From Marsupella aquatica (taxonomy: Eukaryota > Plantae > Marchantiophyta): 64,000 nucleotides of DNA. The stretch lies in contig OZ316895.1 in the NCBI GenBank assembly GCA_973895155.1, positions 7,304,184-7,368,183 of the forward strand, written 5' to 3'. The translations under genes and the position numbers were made by a program. This document shows positions 61,201-64,000 of this stretch, piece after piece. The notes beneath the pieces are model-generated. The model was not told where the DNA came from. It saw nothing but the letters and a program-made list of their open reading frames with translations, and did not search any database. The first letter of the stretch is position 1. The number at the start of each line of letters is the position of its first letter.

Positions 61201-64000
61201 ATTCAAGGCACTAGTGAAATGTTGCAAAAATGAAGTCAGCCTCTAATAGGCATGCACGGACAGTGATTAGCTTGTTGACATGGATTTGTTAAAAGGAAGT
61301 TTTCGAGAACCACCGTATAAATCAAATATCTAACTACTATGAGTGTCAATCCGTTATCTCTTACCTTGATAGCTGGATTACAACGCATCAATGCTCTGGA
61401 AGAGAAACAACCATATGAGTCACATTTATTGCTAGTCGGTGATACAAGTATGTTCATTCTATACAACTCAACTCTCTTAAAAACTGCAAAAAACAATCGT
61501 TATAACAATAGTCTAACAACAACAAATAGTTCAGTGAGAATCTGATAGCACAATCATGTGTTATTAATGTGACTTTAATTCAAAATAACTGTAAAGCAAT
61601 CATAAAAAATTTATAAAGTAACCGAGACATCATGCTAAGACTAAATATCAACCTACTTTTGTTTGTGACATTAGCTAAATTTTTGAAAAGCTAAGAATGT
61701 CAAAATGTTTCCATCATGTTCACTGGACACACACACCTGAGACACGAGTAAACCTGTCGGTCCAGAGCTTTTTAAATTTTGTGTTGCTCTGCTTTGATTT
61801 GATAACTGAACATTGTAGTTTTGTGCAGAGCTTTTTGAAAAGTGGAAATAAGTCTCAAATTGCAGTACATAGAAGATGCACTGCAATAAAAGGCAAGTAG
61901 GACACAGCCCAGTAGGAAACAACAAGCGATCCTCTAGACAAGTGTACCTGGGCCTGGTGCGATTGCAGCTGTCCGACTCAGAAAGTTAATGCTCTTTTGG
62001 ACTCCTGTAATTACCTTGGTGGCCAAAGAATTCTATCAAAGTCTCCAAACTAATTATGTAAAACTTCCGCAACTAAGAATTGTATACTCGACAACGCTTC
62101 TTATCCATTGGTCCACAACGAAGGCGCATTATAATTGTAGACTAAGACCGAGCCTACGCACTATAACATGTGCAGGCCCAACTAATGTGAGTACCACCAT
62201 CCAAATTGAAACACATCCCATGTATTCATCTCAAAAAAGCTTCCATCTTTGACTCTTCGATCTGAACAGGATAAGCAAGAAGTGACGGGCATGACAAAGA
62301 ATCAGGCACCTGATCAGACAGCTCCGTGACATGTAGCCGCAATTTCTTATGACATCTCCCGCTCCAACCGCTTGTCACAAAATGAGACACAATGAGCTGC
62401 ACGATGAGGCTGCCAATATTTTGAATGTACATCCTGTCTTCAAGATATCCATCATGACAAGCCCTTGTTGATCCTCCAGTGGAATTACAAGAGCAATCCG
62501 TCACAAATCCATCTGTTTGCTTGGTACAGATGACAAAATTTGTTGGCTTCAACATATCCTACTATACAACCAAACAAAATGTATAAGACAAAGAAACAAT
62601 TTTGCAGAGCTCGTTCAATTCTTTGTATCTCTTGGATGGCTGATCATCGGTTGAAAGTTTCTAAGAGACAATGGTCTTGTTCTCAAAGACTCCTCATTGC
62701 ATACTCACTGATCTCAACCTGAAGGCCATTATCAAACCACGTGATGCTAAGGGAGGAGGGTCCTTAGCTTCTTTTGTTCCGGCGATTTTGTTTGGGTGGT
62801 TACAAGAATACGGCTACTTTTAATGTTGAACACTATTTATTTTTATAAAATGAAATTTACAAATGTAAATAAAATGATTATGGGTGAATGTTTTTAATCT
62901 TGTCCTTTGTATCAATAGGTTTGGATGAATTACTTTTAAGTATTCTTACATTATGTTTTGACGGCAAGGCGTCCCTAAAATTACACAGAAATTGACGCAA
63001 ACAAGATGGAGAGGAGGTTATTCGATGCGCAAACATGGCGCATCTTGTTTCATGCAGATGTTGCTGATGTGGCGCATCGTGGAGCCTGGAAATTTGCAAG
63101 GGACTTCTCATGGGGGTCCGTAAATAATGTGTTTTCAACTCAAAACACTAATTTGTATTGTTCTTTTTCCATAAGTTTACTTTACTTGAATTGGGTAAGT
63201 ATGTGTCCAAAAGTAGCATGGGGTGGGGTCTACTTAGATTTTCTTGTTAGACCCACCTACCCATTATAGCCACATGTCAACTCACATTCAAATTCCAATC
63301 ACCTTGATATTAGAATAGTTTTATGGATGTTAGTGTCATAGACTAGGTGTGGGTGGAAAAGCATCTGTGCCCCAAGCTAGGACTTCGTCTTTATTCATCC
63401 TTTCACTAGATCTCATGGACAGGAGTATTTAGGCTTTAAATCCAAGGGTCATAATGAGTTCCCTCCAAAAGTGCATTTTGTAAGGAGACGATAAGTAAAA
63501 AAAGGCGAGATTGTACATTATAGTGAGTAGATGAATAGATATAGATATATAGATATTCTGCGCATATATATTTTGTGCAAATAATAATAACAGACTACTG
63601 CAGGGCCTCAAATTTTCCCTTTTTCCTGTCTTCCCAACCATTTTGCACTATTTGTAAGTGCAAAGAGGAACAAGAAAACAATATGTAAGCTTAAAGATTT
63701 TGTGATTTTTCTATTTGTGATTTGCAGGGCATTAATTTGCATTATTTAGGCCTCCCTTCTTTGGAGGAGGGGATTAAAAGAGCTAAAATAGTATATCTTA
63801 TGAAAGAGAATAAAATATTTTCTTAGAGATATTGTATTCAGAATCTAATATATTGCATGGCCGAATATTTTCCATTTAACAACTTCTTCCAAGCTTTCAA
63901 CCAATTGCATGCCAACAAAATTGTTGCATGGCCCTTTAATTTTTCCATCCAATTCATAAGATAATTTTCTTGTTTGTTTCAAAAACTCAACTCAAGTTTT

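Noticed and set aside
61930-62720. Decayed DDE transposase (GMCFNLDGGTHI resembles the Harbinger IDGTHI motif)
   Set aside because: Single weak motif with many stops; other catalytic motifs not found. A profile search would be needed.

Overview
Eukaryotic plant genomic DNA with many spliceosomal introns. It is most likely a bryophyte (probably a liverwort), inferred from gene and repeat style. Five conserved genes are clear: a roughly 48-exon VPS13 (VPS13X/At3g50380-like, + 3818-32832), an intronless CPYC glutaredoxin (-), an organellar RsgA GTPase (+), a VTE7-like alpha/beta hydrolase (+) and an LRR-III atypical receptor kinase (-). There is also a candidate two-exon Pro-rich orphan gene (-), an F-box-like pseudogene, a Harbinger-type Myb/SANT relic, a Copia-like solo LTR with a target-site duplication, a second LTR fragment, and several tandem and inverted repeats. 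I see no CRISPR array, RNA gene or prokaryote-type system, and no convincing new multi-gene system. The best leads are the orphan gene, the intronless GRX behind a satellite, unusual VPS13 splice sites and a hairpin upstream of the VTE7-like gene. All exon models were assembled by eye, and homology calls rest on recalled family motifs, not on searches.
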